From assembly GCA_963707025.1 (NCBI GenBank), contig CAVPOM010000014.1, forward strand, positions 32,001 through 96,000: a DNA stretch of 64,000 bases, in the 5' to 3' direction. The notes under the pieces were generated by a model. The model worked only from the letters and a program-made list of their open reading frames with translations. It did not search any database and was not told the DNA's origin. The DNA is from an uncultured Verrucomicrobiae bacterium (lineage in GTDB: Bacteria; Verrucomicrobiota; Verrucomicrobiia; Limisphaerales; Palsa-1400). Shown here in pieces: positions 29,661-41,728 of the stretch (positions are counted from its first letter, which is position 1; every line of letters starts with the position of its first letter). The translations under genes were made by a program, and so were the position numbers.

Positions 29661-30531
29661 ATGCATGTTGAAACCAAGGCTTTTCGCGTTCCGCCGGACT
29701 CCAAAGTCAAACTCAAACAGTGGCCGACGCGGATAAAACCCCTTTACAAGTCCAAGCAAAATTATCAGGAAAAACTGGCGGAATGCGTCGCGGAAACGGC
29801 CAGGCTGCGAGCATCTGCTTTATGCCTCCGGCCGCTACGCGCTGCTGTTGGTCTTGCAGGCCATGGACGCCGCGGGCAAGGATGGCGCGATCCAGCACGT
29901 CATGTCCGGCATCAATCCCCAGGGCTGCGCGGTGTCCAGTTTCAAAAAGCCGGGCGCGGTGGAGCTGGCGCACGATTTTCTCTGGCGCAGCAATGTCTGC
30001 CTGCCCGAGCGCGGCAAGATCGGCATCTTCAACCGTTCTTATTATGAGGAGGTGCTGGTGGTGCGGGTGCATCCGGAAATCCTCCAGTCCCAGAACCTTC
30101 CCGGGGAACTGGTGGACAGAAAGAAGATCTGGGGCCAGCGCTATCGCTCCATTCGCCATCTGGAGGAGCATCTCCACCGCAACGGCACCCGCATCGTGAA
30201 ATTCTTCCTGCACCTTTCCAAGGGGGAGCAGCGCCGGCGGTTTCTGCTGCGGATAGACGATCCGGCCAGGAATTGGAAGTTCAGCCAGGCGGATCTTGCG
30301 GAACGGCAGTGCTGGAAGCAATACACCAAGGCGTACGAGGACTGCCTGGGGGCCACCAGCAGCAAGACGGCGCCGTGGTATGTGATTCCAGCCGATGACA
30401 AGGAAAATGCGCGGCTGATCATTTCGCAAATCCTGCTCCAGACCTTGCAGGGCCTGAAAATGGAGTACCCGGAAACCAGCCCGAGCCGGCGCCGGGAACT
30501 CCAGGCCATCCGCAAACAACTGGCCCGATAA
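29661..30531 (+). CDS. ppk2: Polyphosphate kinase 2 family protein; frameshift near 29805
   Basis: [11 protein letters not shown]alker [22 protein letters not shown]. Confidence 0.9.
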
Positions 30532-30537
30532 AATTTT

Positions 30538-30891
30538 TTAATCCTGGCGGGCCTCGTCGCCGACTTGCACATCGCCCTCGACAATGTCCGCCGCCGCATT
30601 GTCGTCGGTCTGCCATTTGGCGTCCACTTTGACTTCGGCCACTTTCAGGCCGTTGCGATAGACATGGAGACGCTCCTCGGGCTTGGGCACGTGGCCCGGG
30701 GAAAAACTGAGGATGACAAACCGCCCGTCGAGGTTGACCCTGGCCACTTTGCCGACGGGCCGAAAATCAGGGGTGATGACGGGCTTGTTGGCGGCGGGTT
30801 TTGGCGGCTCGGACTTGGGGGCCGGGGATGGGCGGCTGGCGCAACCGGCGAGCAGCAGGGCGCAGCACAGGATTCCGATGAGCTTTGGCAT
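30538..30891 (-). CDS. Hypothetical lipoprotein
   Basis: MPKLIGILCCALLLAGC lipobox; VYRNGLKVAEVKV...ADIVEGDVQVGDE beta domain. Confidence 0.7.
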   Translation of the reverse strand: MPKLIGILCCALLLAGCASRPSPAPKSEPPKPAANKPVITPDFRPVGKVARVNLDGRFVILSFSPGHVPKPEERLHVYRNGLKVAEVKVDAKWQTDDNAAADIVEGDVQVGDEARQD

Positions 30892-31097
30892 GGAGGCATT
30901 AAAGACGCCCGCGGCCCAATCGTCAAGCCGGGCCGTCCGGCCGGCAGCGGCCCAATTCAATGGTTGTAGTGTCGGCGCCCTGTCCGCCGCAGGCTTCGCG
31001 AAGGGGGAGGTGCGCCGATGTCGAGCCACAGGCTCGACAGGACATCAAATTAGAAGGACAGCACCCGGCAGCGCTCCCTTGGGCGGCGGCCCCGGGG

Positions 31098-31919
31098 TCA
31101 CTGCATCCAGGCGGGAAATTGGATGTTATTGGCGGCATAGCTGGTATCGAATTGGTTGTGCCAATAAAAGTTCCACAAGGCCTTGGCGCGCGCATACCGA
31201 ACGGAGCCGTCAAAGAAAAGAAGGTTCACTCCCTTGTCGTGCCGGGCGATGGCAAAATGATGCATCTCGGCCCCGGCGCCAAGCCATTCCCCGTTGAAGG
31301 CGGGAGGGAGGTCGGTGTAATTGGGGCCGCCGCCGCGCCACATGGAGTCCAAAAACAGAGGGGTGTTGGCCGGCTGGGGCACATCGAATTTTCTCCAATT
31401 CCAGGAGGCGGGCCGGCCCTGAATGTTGGAGACGTTGGCGGGTGGATTAAAGACCCACAAATTCATGCCGTAACTGCTGATAATGGGCAGGTGCGGGTTG
31501 GCCGGATCGGGCAACGGCGAGGCCCAGCAGGTGGTCGGGCCTCCCCAGTCCACGGCATTTGGGCTGTTGACAGGCACAGGCGTCTCCTTGCTGCCGGGAC
31601 CGCGCCGCAGGGTGGCCCTGGGGCAGAAGAGCAAGTCCGGCTTTTTGCCGTAGTAATTGTCCAACGCCACCAGCCATTCCCCCCTGGCCCACAGCACGGT
31701 GGTGCCGGTGCTGAAAGAATTATTATTGTCCTCGACGTAACTGGTCCAGGCGATGGCCCATTGGTGAAGATTGGATTTGCACTGGGTGTCCAGCGCCTTG
31801 AGTTTGGCCTGGCTCAAGACCGGCAGCAACAACGCCGCCAAAATAGCGATGACCGCAATGACCACCAGCAATTCCAGCAAAGTAAAACCAGGCCGTGGCC
31901 GCCTCTGTCTGTCTTTCAT
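31098..31919 (-). CDS. Prepilin-type N-terminal cleavage/methylation protein with H-X9-DG motif
   Basis: [38 protein letters not shown]. Confidence 0.93.
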   Translation of the reverse strand: MKDRQRRPRPGFTLLELLVVIAVIAILAALLLPVLSQAKLKALDTQCKSNLHQWAIAWTSYVEDNNNSFSTGTTVLWARGEWLVALDNYYGKKPDLLFCPRATLRRGPGSKETPVPVNSPNAVDWGGPTTCWASPLPDPANPHLPIISSYGMNLWVFNPPANVSNIQGRPASWNWRKFDVPQPANTPLFLDSMWRGGGPNYTDLPPAFNGEWLGAGAEMHHFAIARHDKGVNLLFFDGSVRYARAKALWNFYWHNQFDTSYAANNIQFPAWMQ

Positions 31920-32056
31920 AACGCAGGATGCTTTTCGGGCGCTGGCCGCGTCCGCCGAAATATAAGGGGGAACGCCGCGGAATGGAACCCCTAATTCAGC
32001 GCGCCACCCCGCCCTTCAGCCACGATTTGACCGCCTCTGAAAGCACGGACTGATTA

Positions 32057-32110
32057 TTTGCAACATTTTGCAAACAAGGGTGTTGACATCGCCCCGCCGT
32101 TGTGTAAGGG
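32057..32110 (+). promoter_or_regulatory. Palindromic operator-like site next to a TTGACA -35 box
   Basis: tttgcaa-catt-ttgcaaa (32057-32074); TTGACA at 32083-32088; -10 match is weak. Confidence 0.45.
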
Positions 32111-32239
32111 TTTCACTGACATGAAAAGAGGCGATCCCTTACGGATGAGTCATGAGTCCGGTGTATCCACACCGACGCCACTTTCACAAGACATTTGACA
32201 TGAGAAGGTTACGTAGTGGATGATCGAGCGAGGATAAGT

Positions 32240-33355
32240 ATGACAAGCCAACCGCATTCGAGTGAGGCCAGCCGCGGGAGCGCTGGCAAGTCCGGCTTTT
32301 TCCGGGGAGGGTATGGCGCCACCCTGCGGCTCCTTTTCAGGGCGCGCAATTTCCGGCAGATCCCCCGGCTGCTGCGCGAGGGGCCCGGCCCGATTTTGCG
32401 CCTCGCCATTCAGGCGCACAACACCGCCGAAATCCTGCGGCTGCTGCGGGAGGGATGGCAGTTGAATTTTGTCAGCTCCTTTCCCCGCTCTGGCAATACC
32501 TGGGTCCGCTATCTGCTGGCCGACGTGTTTCTGCAAGGCCGCGGCGTGGCCACGTCCACCGAATTGCCGGTGCATCCTGATAAAATCGTGCCGGATTTTT
32601 ATTGCCACTGGATTGCCCGGCGGGATGTGACCACGCCGACCCCCGGCGTTTTCGTGAAGACGCATGAAACGTTTCCGCGATTGCAGGAATGGTTTGGGGG
32701 CGCGCGACCGCGGCCGGGGGCTGGCGGGAGCGGCGCCGTTCCGCCTTTTCGCGCCTGCAAACACATCTATCTCTACCGCTCTCCCGAGGACGCCTTGGTG
32801 TCGCTCTTTCACTACTTCGACAGCCAGCGCCATTCCAAAGCCAAGGCGGCCGCGGGAATTGATGGTTTTTGCCTGGGCAATTTGCCCTTGTGGGAGGAAA
32901 GCCTGGCCAGCTATTTGCGCGCGTCGGACGAGGGCTTTCCCGTGCTGTTTGTGTCCTACGACCTTCTCCTGCAATATCCGTCCGAAATCCTGGGCGGCCT
33001 TCTTCGCTGGCTGGGCGCCCGGCATGATGCGACGACGGTGGAACGGGCGGTTTTCAACATGCAATTCGCCAAACTGCAAGCGATGGAGGCCCGCAATCTG
33101 TTCAATGAGGAAGCGGTTTTTTTCCGCAAGGGATGTAAAGGGTCGGGCCGCGCCGAACTGCAATCCTCCACCAGGGACCTGATTGAGGAAAGGACCGCGC
33201 AGTTGATGGAGCAGGCCCATGCCCGCGTGTTGATCCAGCAATCGGTGCAAGGCAAACCTGCTTCTTCGAAAACCGCGCAAATTCGCCGGGACGCCGCCTT
33301 CCAGACCCGGCAGTCCAGGCGCTTGCCGCCCGTGGTCAAGCTACAGAAGGCGTAG
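32240..33355 (+). CDS. PAPS-dependent sulfotransferase domain protein
   Basis: SSFPRSGNTW (5'-PSB loop), YRSPEDALVS (3'-PB), FFRKG. Confidence 0.88.
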   Translation: MTSQPHSSEASRGSAGKSGFFRGGYGATLRLLFRARNFRQIPRLLREGPGPILRLAIQAHNTAEILRLLREGWQLNFVSSFPRSGNTWVRYLLADVFLQGRGVATSTELPVHPDKIVPDFYCHWIARRDVTTPTPGVFVKTHETFPRLQEWFGGARPRPGAGGSGAVPPFRACKHIYLYRSPEDALVSLFHYFDSQRHSKAKAAAGIDGFCLGNLPLWEESLASYLRASDEGFPVLFVSYDLLLQYPSEILGGLLRWLGARHDATTVERAVFNMQFAKLQAMEARNLFNEEAVFFRKGCKGSGRAELQSSTRDLIEERTAQLMEQAHARVLIQQSVQGKPASSKTAQIRRDAAFQTRQSRRLPPVVKLQKA

Positions 33356-33442
33356 CAGGCCGGACCGACTTTGTTCCTCCCAGCACCGGCGCGAACCGCC
33401 CTCCAAGGAATGCCATGATAATTGATCCCGCCTGGAATTGAT

Positions 33443-36267
33443 ATGCGCAGCCCACCCATTGCCAGGAAGGCAAACGGCCGCGCTCCCAATTACCTGCTCC
33501 TGTTGGTGGGGGTGCTGGGGGCGGCCCTGGCGGTTTTGTTTTACAAAAGTTTCCAGCCGCACCAGGTTCTTTTTGCCAATGACGGCCCGCTCGGGGCGAT
33601 GGCGGCGGCCTGCAACCGCCTGCCCGGCCGGTTCTTTGGCACGTGGCGCAACATCTCCTGGATTGGGTCGGAGGGGCCCAGCGCCGCCCCCAGCCTTTCG
33701 GCCATTCTCATGACCCTTTTCCCGCCGGCCTTGTTCCTGAAGATTTACGGGCCGGCCACGTTGTTCTTTGTTGGTTTCAGCGCCTGGGTCTTTTTTCGCC
33801 AGCTCCAGTTTAATCCGGCGGTCTGCGTGCTTGGGGGAATCGCGGCCGGCTTGAACATGCACTTCTTTTCCACGGCCTGCTGGGGTTTGGGATCCTGGAA
33901 TATGTCAGCCGGCATGACTTTTCTGGCCTTGGCGGCGCTCTGCACCAAATCCATCAAACCACTCTGGGCCAAGGCGGTTTTGGCCGGGCTGGCGGTGGGG
34001 ATGAATCTGATGGAAGGGTTTGACGTGGGCGCCATTCTGAGCATCTACGTCGGCCTCTTCATTCTGTTCCGCGCTTTTTCCGAAGAGTCCGGCCTGGCCA
34101 GAAAGACGCTGAGGGGGATCCTGACAGAAGTATTGGTTGTTTGTTTTGCAGGCTTGATCGCCGCCCATACCCTTTCCTCCCTTTTTCAAACGCAAATCGA
34201 GGGCGTCACCGGGACCCGCCAGGATACGGAAACCAAAGAACGGCATTGGGACTTTGCCACCCAGTGGAGCCTGCCCAAGATGGAAACGCTGCGCCTGGTG
34301 ACTCCCGGTGTCTTTGGCTATCTGCTGGCCCAAAACATGACCGACCGGGACAAATCCAGCGGCTATTGGGGGCTGGTCGGCCAGGACCCGCGCATCCCCG
34401 AACTGAAAAGCGCGGATGCGCAGGTCCGGGCCAGGGTTGTGGCGCAGATTAGTTACATCTCCGCTCTCAAGCCCGAGGAGCAAGCAGGATTGGACAGCGG
34501 CGATCGGCGCACTCGGGAGGCCGCCGTCGCCGCCATTGTCCAGCGCCTGGGCTTCATCGTGCGCCATAGCGGCACTGGGGAATACGCCGGGGTTTTGGTG
34601 GGGCTGCTGGCGCTGTTCGCCCTGGCCAACTCCTGCCGCGGCGCCAACAGCCCTTTCTCCCCCACCGAGCGGCGCGCGGTTTGGTTTTGGGGGGTGGCGG
34701 CGCTGTTTTCGATTTTGGCAGCGTGGGGACGACATGGTTTTCTTTACAGCTTGCTTTATCGCCTGCCCTACTTCTCAACCATTCGCAACCCCATCAAGTT
34801 CCTGCATCCCTTTCACATCGTCTGGCTAATCCTGGCCGGGTATGGTTTGGAGGTTCTGCATCGCCGCTACCTGCGCAACCCGGTGAAACGAACGGCTTTT
34901 CTTCCCGAACATATCCAATTGTGGTGGTCGCGCGCGGCCGGGTTTGAAAAGAAATGGGTGGCCGCTTGCGCGCTGGTCCTGGTGGCCTCCCTGGCAGGCT
35001 GGGTGGTTCTGTTCTCCTGCCAAGCCCGCCTGGCCGACTATTTGGTGGATCACGGCTTCAAAATGCAGGGAATCCCACCGGCGTCACAAATGGCCGGGTC
35101 CTGTGTTCGGGAAGCCGCATGGTTTATTGGTTTTCTGGTCCTGTCCGTGGGCGCGCTGGCGGGCATCCTCAGCGGCGCCTGGACCGGTGCCCGCGCCAAA
35201 ATGGCCTGGATTTGGCTCGGCGCCATTTTGCTGCTGGATTTGGGCCGGGCCGACCTGCCCTGGATACACTATTTCGATTATCAAAAGAAATACGCCCCCA
35301 ACGCGGTGGTGAATTTTCTCTCCGAGAAAAAACCCTTTGAGCAACGCGTCATGGGCCGGCTGGCGCCCCGGCGGGCCGGCAGTTCCAACGGCATCGGGGT
35401 TTTTGGCCAGTTGTATAATTTCTGGATGCAGAATGATTTTCCCTATCACGACATTCAATGCCTGGATTTCTCCGAAATGCCCCGCATGCCGGAGATGGAC
35501 GACGCCTACATGCATAACTTCGAACTGGATGGCACCGCCAGGATTGAGACTGCCGACCTCCGGCCCGCCGCGCGCCTTTGGGAATTGACCGGCACCCGCT
35601 ATCTTCTGTTGGACGCCAGCGGCGTGCCGCTGCTGAACGAACACGCCGATCCGGTGCATCACAGCTTTTTTATCCGGCAGCGCTTCCGCATGGAGCCAAG
35701 GATCCCGCCCATCCAATGGAGGACGCGGGCGATTACACGGTTTATCCAGACCCCAGAGGACAAGTAGCGCTCATCGAGTACACCAACGTTTTACCCCGCG
35801 CCAAACTCTTTGCCCATTGGCAGACCCCGGCGGACGGCGCGGCCACCCTGGCCACGCTGGCCTCCCCGGATTTCATCTCCGCGCAAACGGTCCTGCTCTG
35901 GCCCACCAACGGGGTGACGGCAGCGCCGGGCAATGCCGGGGCCGATGCCGGCGCCGTCGAAATCACCGACTACCATCCCAAGGACATCAAGCTGCACGCC
36001 GTGGCGAAAATGCCGGCGGTCCTGCTGCTCAATGAGCGCTTTCATCCGAGTTGGAGCGTGACGGTGGATCAACAGCCGGCCCCCATGCTGCGTTGCAATT
36101 ACATCATGCGCGGCGTCTTCCTGCAGCCCGGCGAACACACCGTCGAGTTTCGCTATCATACTTCGCTGAAGTACCTTTACCTCAGTTTGTGTGGCTGGGC
36201 GGTGGGCGTCTTGGTCGCGGGCTATGTGGTTGCCTCGCGCAGAAGCCAAAAGGCGCCGGCAATTTGA
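33443..36267 (+). CDS. YfhO-like multi-pass membrane protein (GT-C-like); frameshift near 35710
   Basis: Many TM helices, LPYFSTIRNPIKF, C-terminal LLLNERFHPSW...NYIMRGVFLQPGEHTVEFRY. Confidence 0.75.
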
Positions 36268-36339
36268 AGTTGCCAAGGCGCGCGGTCCAGTTCAGTTTTG
36301 ATCTCGCTGAACCGTCAAGAACCAGGAATCAGCATCGCC

Positions 36340-37690
36340 ATGCCAGCAAATCTTCTGCCGCGAACCGTGATCCTTCGCAGGTCCATCGCCCGCTTCGCCA
36401 TCCTGGGTGTGGCGGCAGGTTCCATCGCGGGTTTAGCCGGGATGAGCGCGGTCTTGCAGGGCCAGTCTCCCGAGGAAAATTCCATCTGTAAATTCTGCTT
36501 CGGTTCGCCGACGGTTCCGGGCTGGAACCCAAGTCACCCCTGGAATGACCTGCTCCAACCAGCCGGGCTTTGGATTTGAACCCGGCGCCGATCTGAAGTC
36601 CGTGAATGGCACTGGCAACCCATCCGCCCATGCCATCACCAGCGACAAACCCTTCTTCTTCTCCGTCGTGCTGCCGGAGGGCAATTACAAGGTTCTCGTC
36701 ACCTTGGGCAATCCCCAAATCGCCGCCGAAACCACCGTCTCCGCCGAATTGCGCCGGCTCATGCTCCAACAAATCCCCACCGGGCCCGGTCAGTTCCAGA
36801 CTTGCTCTTTCATCGTCAACATCCGCCAGCCCGGCATCGCGGGCGGCGGCCAGGTGCGCCTCAAGGACCGCGAGAAGACCAGCGAAAAGTGGGCCTGGGA
36901 CGACCGCCTCACCCTGGAATTCAACGGCGTCCATCCCTCCCTTTCGGCGCTGGAGATCCAGCCCGCCAAGGTGCCGACTCTGTTCCTCATCGGCGATTCC
37001 ACCGTGTGCGATCAACCCGGCGAGCCGTTCAACAGTTGGGGCCAGATGCTCACCCGCTTCTTCCGGCCCGTCGTGGCCGTGGCCAACCATGCCGAGTCCG
37101 GCGAAACCGTCGCCTCCTCCCTCAGCGCCGGGCGCTTCAAAAAAATTTGGAGCCTGATGAAAAGCGGGGATTATCTCTTCGTGCAATTCGGGCACAACGA
37201 CATGAAGAGCCAGGCCCCCAACGCGCTGGCAACCTACACCGATGATCTGCGCCAAATTGTTGACCAAACCCGCGCCCGCGGCGGCTTTCCCGTTCTCTGC
37301 ACCTCCGTCAGCCGCCGCTCCTTTGACGCCAGCGGCAAAATCACCAACTCTTTCGGCGGTTATCCCGACGCCGTGCGCCTGGTCGCCAAGGAGAAAAGCG
37401 TCCCGTTGATTGACCTGCAGGAAATGGGCGCGGCGTTTTACGAGGCCATCGGCCCCGACGCCTCCCACAAGGCCTTCGCCACCGCGCGCGAAGGCACCCA
37501 TCACAGCGACTATGGCAGCTACGAGATGGCCAAGTGCGTCGTGCAAGGCATCCGGCAAAACCACCTGCCCATCGCCCAATTTATCGTCGGCGACTTTAAG
37601 GATTTCGACCCCGCCCATCCCGACCCGTTCGACTCCTTCTACATCCCGCCCAGCCCCTTGTCCAACCTCCCCACCCCGGCGGGAAACTAA
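36340..37690 (+). CDS. Rhamnogalacturonan acetylesterase-like SGNH hydrolase (CE12-like); frameshift near 36540
   Basis: LIGDSTV, NHAESG, QFGHND, THHSDYG. Confidence 0.85.
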
Positions 37691-37700
37691 TCAGATCACC

Positions 37701-40682
37701 ATGCCCGGGATTTTACGATTGATTTTCGCCGCTGGTTTCCTGGCCGCCTGGCTGCCCGCGACCCAGGCGCGCGCCGCCGCCACGGAACGCGTGCGCCTCG
37801 ACCTCGCGGGCGAATGGCGCTTCGCCCTCGACCGCGCCTCCGAACAGCGCCAGCCCGGCGACGGCATTCGCGGCGGCCCCGCTTCCTCGCTCCCGCCCGG
37901 CGATGGCGTCGCAGAGCAATGGTTCAACCGCACCCTGACCAACCGCATCCGCCTGCCCGGCATCCTCCAGGCCCAGGGCTACGGCGACGATATTAGTGTT
38001 GACACACCGTGGGTGCTCACCCTGGGCGACGCCTGGTGGAAGCTTCAGCCTGCCGCCCTGCGTGAGCATTTTTCCCAAGCGGGCCATGTGGAAGTGCCTT
38101 TTCTTTCCCAGCCGCCCAAACATTATCTCGGCGCCGCCTGGTATCAGCGCGACCTGCAAATTCCCGCCGCGTGGCAGGGCCGCCATTTCCAGCTCTTCCT
38201 CGAACGCCCCCATTGGCAAACCACCGTCTGGGTGGACGGCCAGTCCTTTCCCCCGAACGACAGCCTGGTCGCCCCGCACATCACCGATCTGGGCCTTCTG
38301 GCGCCAGGCCGGCATCGCCTAACCATTCGTATTGACAACCGCACCCAGCTTCCCGCCCTGGGCCACCTGGTGGACGGCCACAGCGTTTCCGACTCCCTCG
38401 GCGCAACCTGGAACGGCGTGGCCGGCCGCATCGAACTGATCGCCACCGCGCCGGTCTGGATCGAGGATGCGCAAGCCTTCCCGAATGTCGCCAGGAAATC
38501 CGCCCTCATCAAAGTCAGGATCGGCAACGCCACCGGCCGGCCCGGCTCCGGCAAAATCCTGGCCGGAAGCCAATCCGTCCCCGTTGCGTGGGACGCTGGC
38601 GGCGGTCAGGCGGAAATGGAAATCCCCCTTGGCGCCGCGGCAAAGACATGGGACGAATTTCATCCCGATCTGCAGCGCCTCACGGTCATTCTCCAGGGCG
38701 CCGGCGCCGGCGATTCCGTTCCCCTGACCTTCGGCCTGCGTGAGATCACGCACGACGACAAAAATCTTCTCCTCAACGGCCAGCCGCTTAACCTGCGCCT
38801 GACCCATGATGGCGGCGATTTCCCCCTGAGCGGCTGCCCCGCGACTGATGTTGCCTCCTGGGAAAAGATCATCAAAGTTTGTCAAGCCTACGGATTAAAC
38901 GGCATCCGCTTCCACTCGTGGTGCCCGCCCGAGGCCGCCTTCGCCGCCGCCGACGAGCTGGGCTTTTACCTCCAGCCCGAATGCGGCATGTGGAACGACT
39001 TCGGCAGCCCCGCCATGCAGCAACGGTTGGAGGAAGAAACCGGGCGCGTGCTCCGGGCCTTTGGCAATCACCCGTCGTTCCTGCTGTTTTCGCCCAGCAA
39101 CGAGCCGCGCAACTACCAGCGCGTCACTCCGCAGTGGGCCGCCGCGTTCTATGAGAAGGACAGCCGCCGCCTCTACTCCGCCGGCACCGGCTGGGGCGAT
39201 CCCTCCCAGGTCAACGGCCCGCAATACGCCTCGCTGGTCGCCTTCAATCGCGCCTCATTGCGCGGCGCCTCCGGCTGGTTTGGCCGCGACTACCGCCAGG
39301 CCGTCGCCACCGTCCATATCCCCGTCCTGGCCCACGAAGTCGGCCAGTGGTGCGCCTATCCCGATTTCAGTGTCATGCAGAAATTCACCGGCTACCTGCG
39401 CCCCGGCAACTACGATATTTTCCGATACCTCGCCGGACAACAGGGTGTCCTGGGGCAAAACCACGATTTCGCCTGGGCCTCGGGCCGCTTTCAAGTCGCA
39501 TGTTACAAGGAGGAAATCGAGGCCAATCTTCGCACCCCGGGGCTGGCGGGATTCCAGTTGCTCGATTTGCACGATTACCTGGGCCAGGGCGGCGCCCTCA
39601 TTGGCATTGTGGACGCGTTCTGGCAGCCCAAAAGTTACGAAACCGCCGCGCAATTTCGCCGTTTCGCCGGCCCGACCGTCCCTCTGGCCCGTTTGGCCAG
39701 GCGCACCTTCACGACCGATCAAACCCTGGAGTCGGACGTGGAAATCTATCATTTCGGCCCAAACCCCCTCCTCGCTGCGACGCCTTGGTGGAAAATCCTC
39801 AACGCCAAAGGCCAGGCCATCGCCGCCGGCCAATGGCCTGCCCGCGACATCCCTGTCGGCAAAAACATTCCCCTGGGAAAAATTACAGTTGACTTGTCGC
39901 AGCTCCCCGCCCCTGCCGCCTGCAAACTGGCCGTCGGTTTGCGCGGCGAGGCGGTGGAAAACGATTGGAATTTCTGGCTCTATCCCGCCGGGGCAAAGGC
40001 CGCCGCCCAACCGCCCCCCGCCGGCCTGCTGGTCACGCGCGTCTGGCCCGAAGCCGCCGCGCGCCTGGCCGCCGGGGGAAAAGTCCTCTTCATCCCCGGG
40101 GCCGCCGATTTGGACCCCGCGAAAAGTCCCCCCATGAAATCCGTCCCCGTTTTCTGGAACATCCAGATGACCGTCCGTCCCCCGGCCAGTCCAGCCCCGA
40201 AATTCGACGCCATGCTCGGCCTGCTCTGCGACCCGACCCACCCTGCCCTGGCCGGGTTCCCCACCGAAAAAAACTGCGACTGGCAATGGACCCCCATCGT
40301 CAACAACGTCAGGTCCATCAATCTCGCCGCCGCCCCGCCCACGCTCCATCCCATCGTCTCCGCCATTGACGACTGGAACCGCAACTGGCGTCTGGGCGTC
40401 ATCTTCGAGTGCAGGGTCGGCCCCGGCCGCCTCCTCGTCTCGGCCATCAACGTCGCCAACCAAAGCGCCGGCGCGGAAGCCGGGCTTGGCCAACTGCGCC
40501 GCTCGCTGTTTGACTACATGGCCGGCCCCCGTTTCCAGCCCGCCGCCACCCTGACCCCGGCCCAGGTGGCCGCGCTCTGGTCCGCCAACTCCGCCGCTCC
40601 CGCCGGCCCCTCGCCAACCCGGGCCTTCGATCCCGACCTCAACGACGGTGCCACCCCAACCCCGCCCGGACGAAGGCCGTGA
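37701..40682 (+). CDS. Glycoside hydrolase family 2-like protein
   Basis: LAGEWRFALD, GAAWYQR, FGLREI, GLNGIRFHSWCPP, NHPSF...SNEP. Confidence 0.85.
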   Translation: MPGILRLIFAAGFLAAWLPATQARAAATERVRLDLAGEWRFALDRASEQRQPGDGIRGGPASSLPPGDGVAEQWFNRTLTNRIRLPGILQAQGYGDDISVDTPWVLTLGDAWWKLQPAALREHFSQAGHVEVPFLSQPPKHYLGAAWYQRDLQIPAAWQGRHFQLFLERPHWQTTVWVDGQSFPPNDSLVAPHITDLGLLAPGRHRLTIRIDNRTQLPALGHLVDGHSVSDSLGATWNGVAGRIELIATAPVWIEDAQAFPNVARKSALIKVRIGNATGRPGSGKILAGSQSVPVAWDAGGGQAEMEIPLGAAAKTWDEFHPDLQRLTVILQGAGAGDSVPLTFGLREITHDDKNLLLNGQPLNLRLTHDGGDFPLSGCPATDVASWEKIIKVCQAYGLNGIRFHSWCPPEAAFAAADELGFYLQPECGMWNDFGSPAMQQRLEEETGRVLRAFGNHPSFLLFSPSNEPRNYQRVTPQWAAAFYEKDSRRLYSAGTGWGDPSQVNGPQYASLVAFNRASLRGASGWFGRDYRQAVATVHIPVLAHEVGQWCAYPDFSVMQKFTGYLRPGNYDIFRYLAGQQGVLGQNHDFAWASGRFQVACYKEEIEANLRTPGLAGFQLLDLHDYLGQGGALIGIVDAFWQPKSYETAAQFRRFAGPTVPLARLARRTFTTDQTLESDVEIYHFGPNPLLAATPWWKILNAKGQAIAAGQWPARDIPVGKNIPLGKITVDLSQLPAPAACKLAVGLRGEAVENDWNFWLYPAGAKAAAQPPPAGLLVTRVWPEAAARLAAGGKVLFIPGAADLDPAKSPPMKSVPVFWNIQMTVRPPASPAPKFDAMLGLLCDPTHPALAGFPTEKNCDWQWTPIVNNVRSINLAAAPPTLHPIVSAIDDWNRNWRLGVIFECRVGPGRLLVSAINVANQSAGAEAGLGQLRRSLFDYMAGPRFQPAATLTPAQVAALWSANSAAPAGPSPTRAFDPDLNDGATPTPPGRRP

Positions 40683-40785
40683 GCAGCCGGTTTCTATTTT
40701 GCGTTCTTCATTCTGCATTTGGCATTCGCCCCCGTGGCCGTCTTGACATCACGGCTGATTTTCACGCACCCTCTTGCCGCTGAAT

Positions 40786-41658
40786 ATGAAACTATTTCTC
40801 CTTTCCGCCATTTCATTTTTATCCGCGCTTTTTTGCTCCGCGCAAATGCAGAGCGCCATCCCTCTCTGGCCGGGCGGCGCGCCCGGAGCATTGGGGACCT
40901 CCAGCAACGACATCCCCACTCTCACTCCCTATCTGCCCGATCCCGCCCTGGCCACCGGCGCGGCCATGGTGATATGTCCCGGCGGGGGCTACGTGCATCT
41001 GGCGCCGCACGAAGGCAATGATTATGCGCTCTGGCTCAATCAGCACGGCGTCGCCGGCTTCGTCCTCAGATACCGCCTGGCCCCCGCCTACCACTACCCG
41101 GCCATGTGGCAGGACGCCGCGAGGGCGCTGCGCCTGGTGCGCGCCAAAGCGGCTGAGTGGAAAATTGATCCGGGCCGTGTGGGCATCATGGGTTCCTCCG
41201 CCGGCGGCCATTTGGCTTCCACCTTGATGACGCATTTTGACTCCGGCAACGCACAGGCCGAAGACGCCGTCGAGCGGCAAAGTTCCAGGCCGGACATTGG
41301 GATTCTGTGTTACCCGGTCATCACGATGGGCCAATACGCCCACAAAGGCTCGAAAGACAGTGTGCTCGGCGCCCAGCCCCCGCCCGAGCTGGTGCAACTC
41401 CTTTCCAACGAACTCCAAGTCACCCCCGACACCCCGCCCTGTTTCATCTGGACCACTTTCGAGGATAAAACCGTGCCGATGGAAAACAGCATGCTGTTCG
41501 CGTCGGCGCTGCGAAAAAACAAGGTGCCCTTCGCGCTGGACATCTATCAAAACGGCGGCCACGGCCTGGGTCTGGCCGACCAGCCGCCTTTCGCCCATCC
41601 CCATCCCTGGGCCGCCGACTGTCTGGTCTGGCTCAAGCTGCAAAAATTCGTAAACTGA
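40786..41658 (+). CDS. Alpha/beta-hydrolase (carbohydrate esterase-like)
   Basis: CPGGGY, GSSAGGHLA nucleophile elbow, D.TVP, GGHGLG. Confidence 0.9.
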   Translation: MKLFLLSAISFLSALFCSAQMQSAIPLWPGGAPGALGTSSNDIPTLTPYLPDPALATGAAMVICPGGGYVHLAPHEGNDYALWLNQHGVAGFVLRYRLAPAYHYPAMWQDAARALRLVRAKAAEWKIDPGRVGIMGSSAGGHLASTLMTHFDSGNAQAEDAVERQSSRPDIGILCYPVITMGQYAHKGSKDSVLGAQPPPELVQLLSNELQVTPDTPPCFIWTTFEDKTVPMENSMLFASALRKNKVPFALDIYQNGGHGLGLADQPPFAHPHPWAADCLVWLKLQKFVN

Positions 41659-41728
41659 ATCCGCGCCCCAATCCTGTTCATTTCTCATTTTGCATTCGGC
41701 CTCTCCCTCTGGTATTTTACCCGTAGAA

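Noticed and set aside
32100..32180. Hammerhead ribozyme or known riboswitch
   Set aside because: Stems are present but the CUGANGA/GAAA core is not correctly arranged and I recognise no riboswitch consensus.
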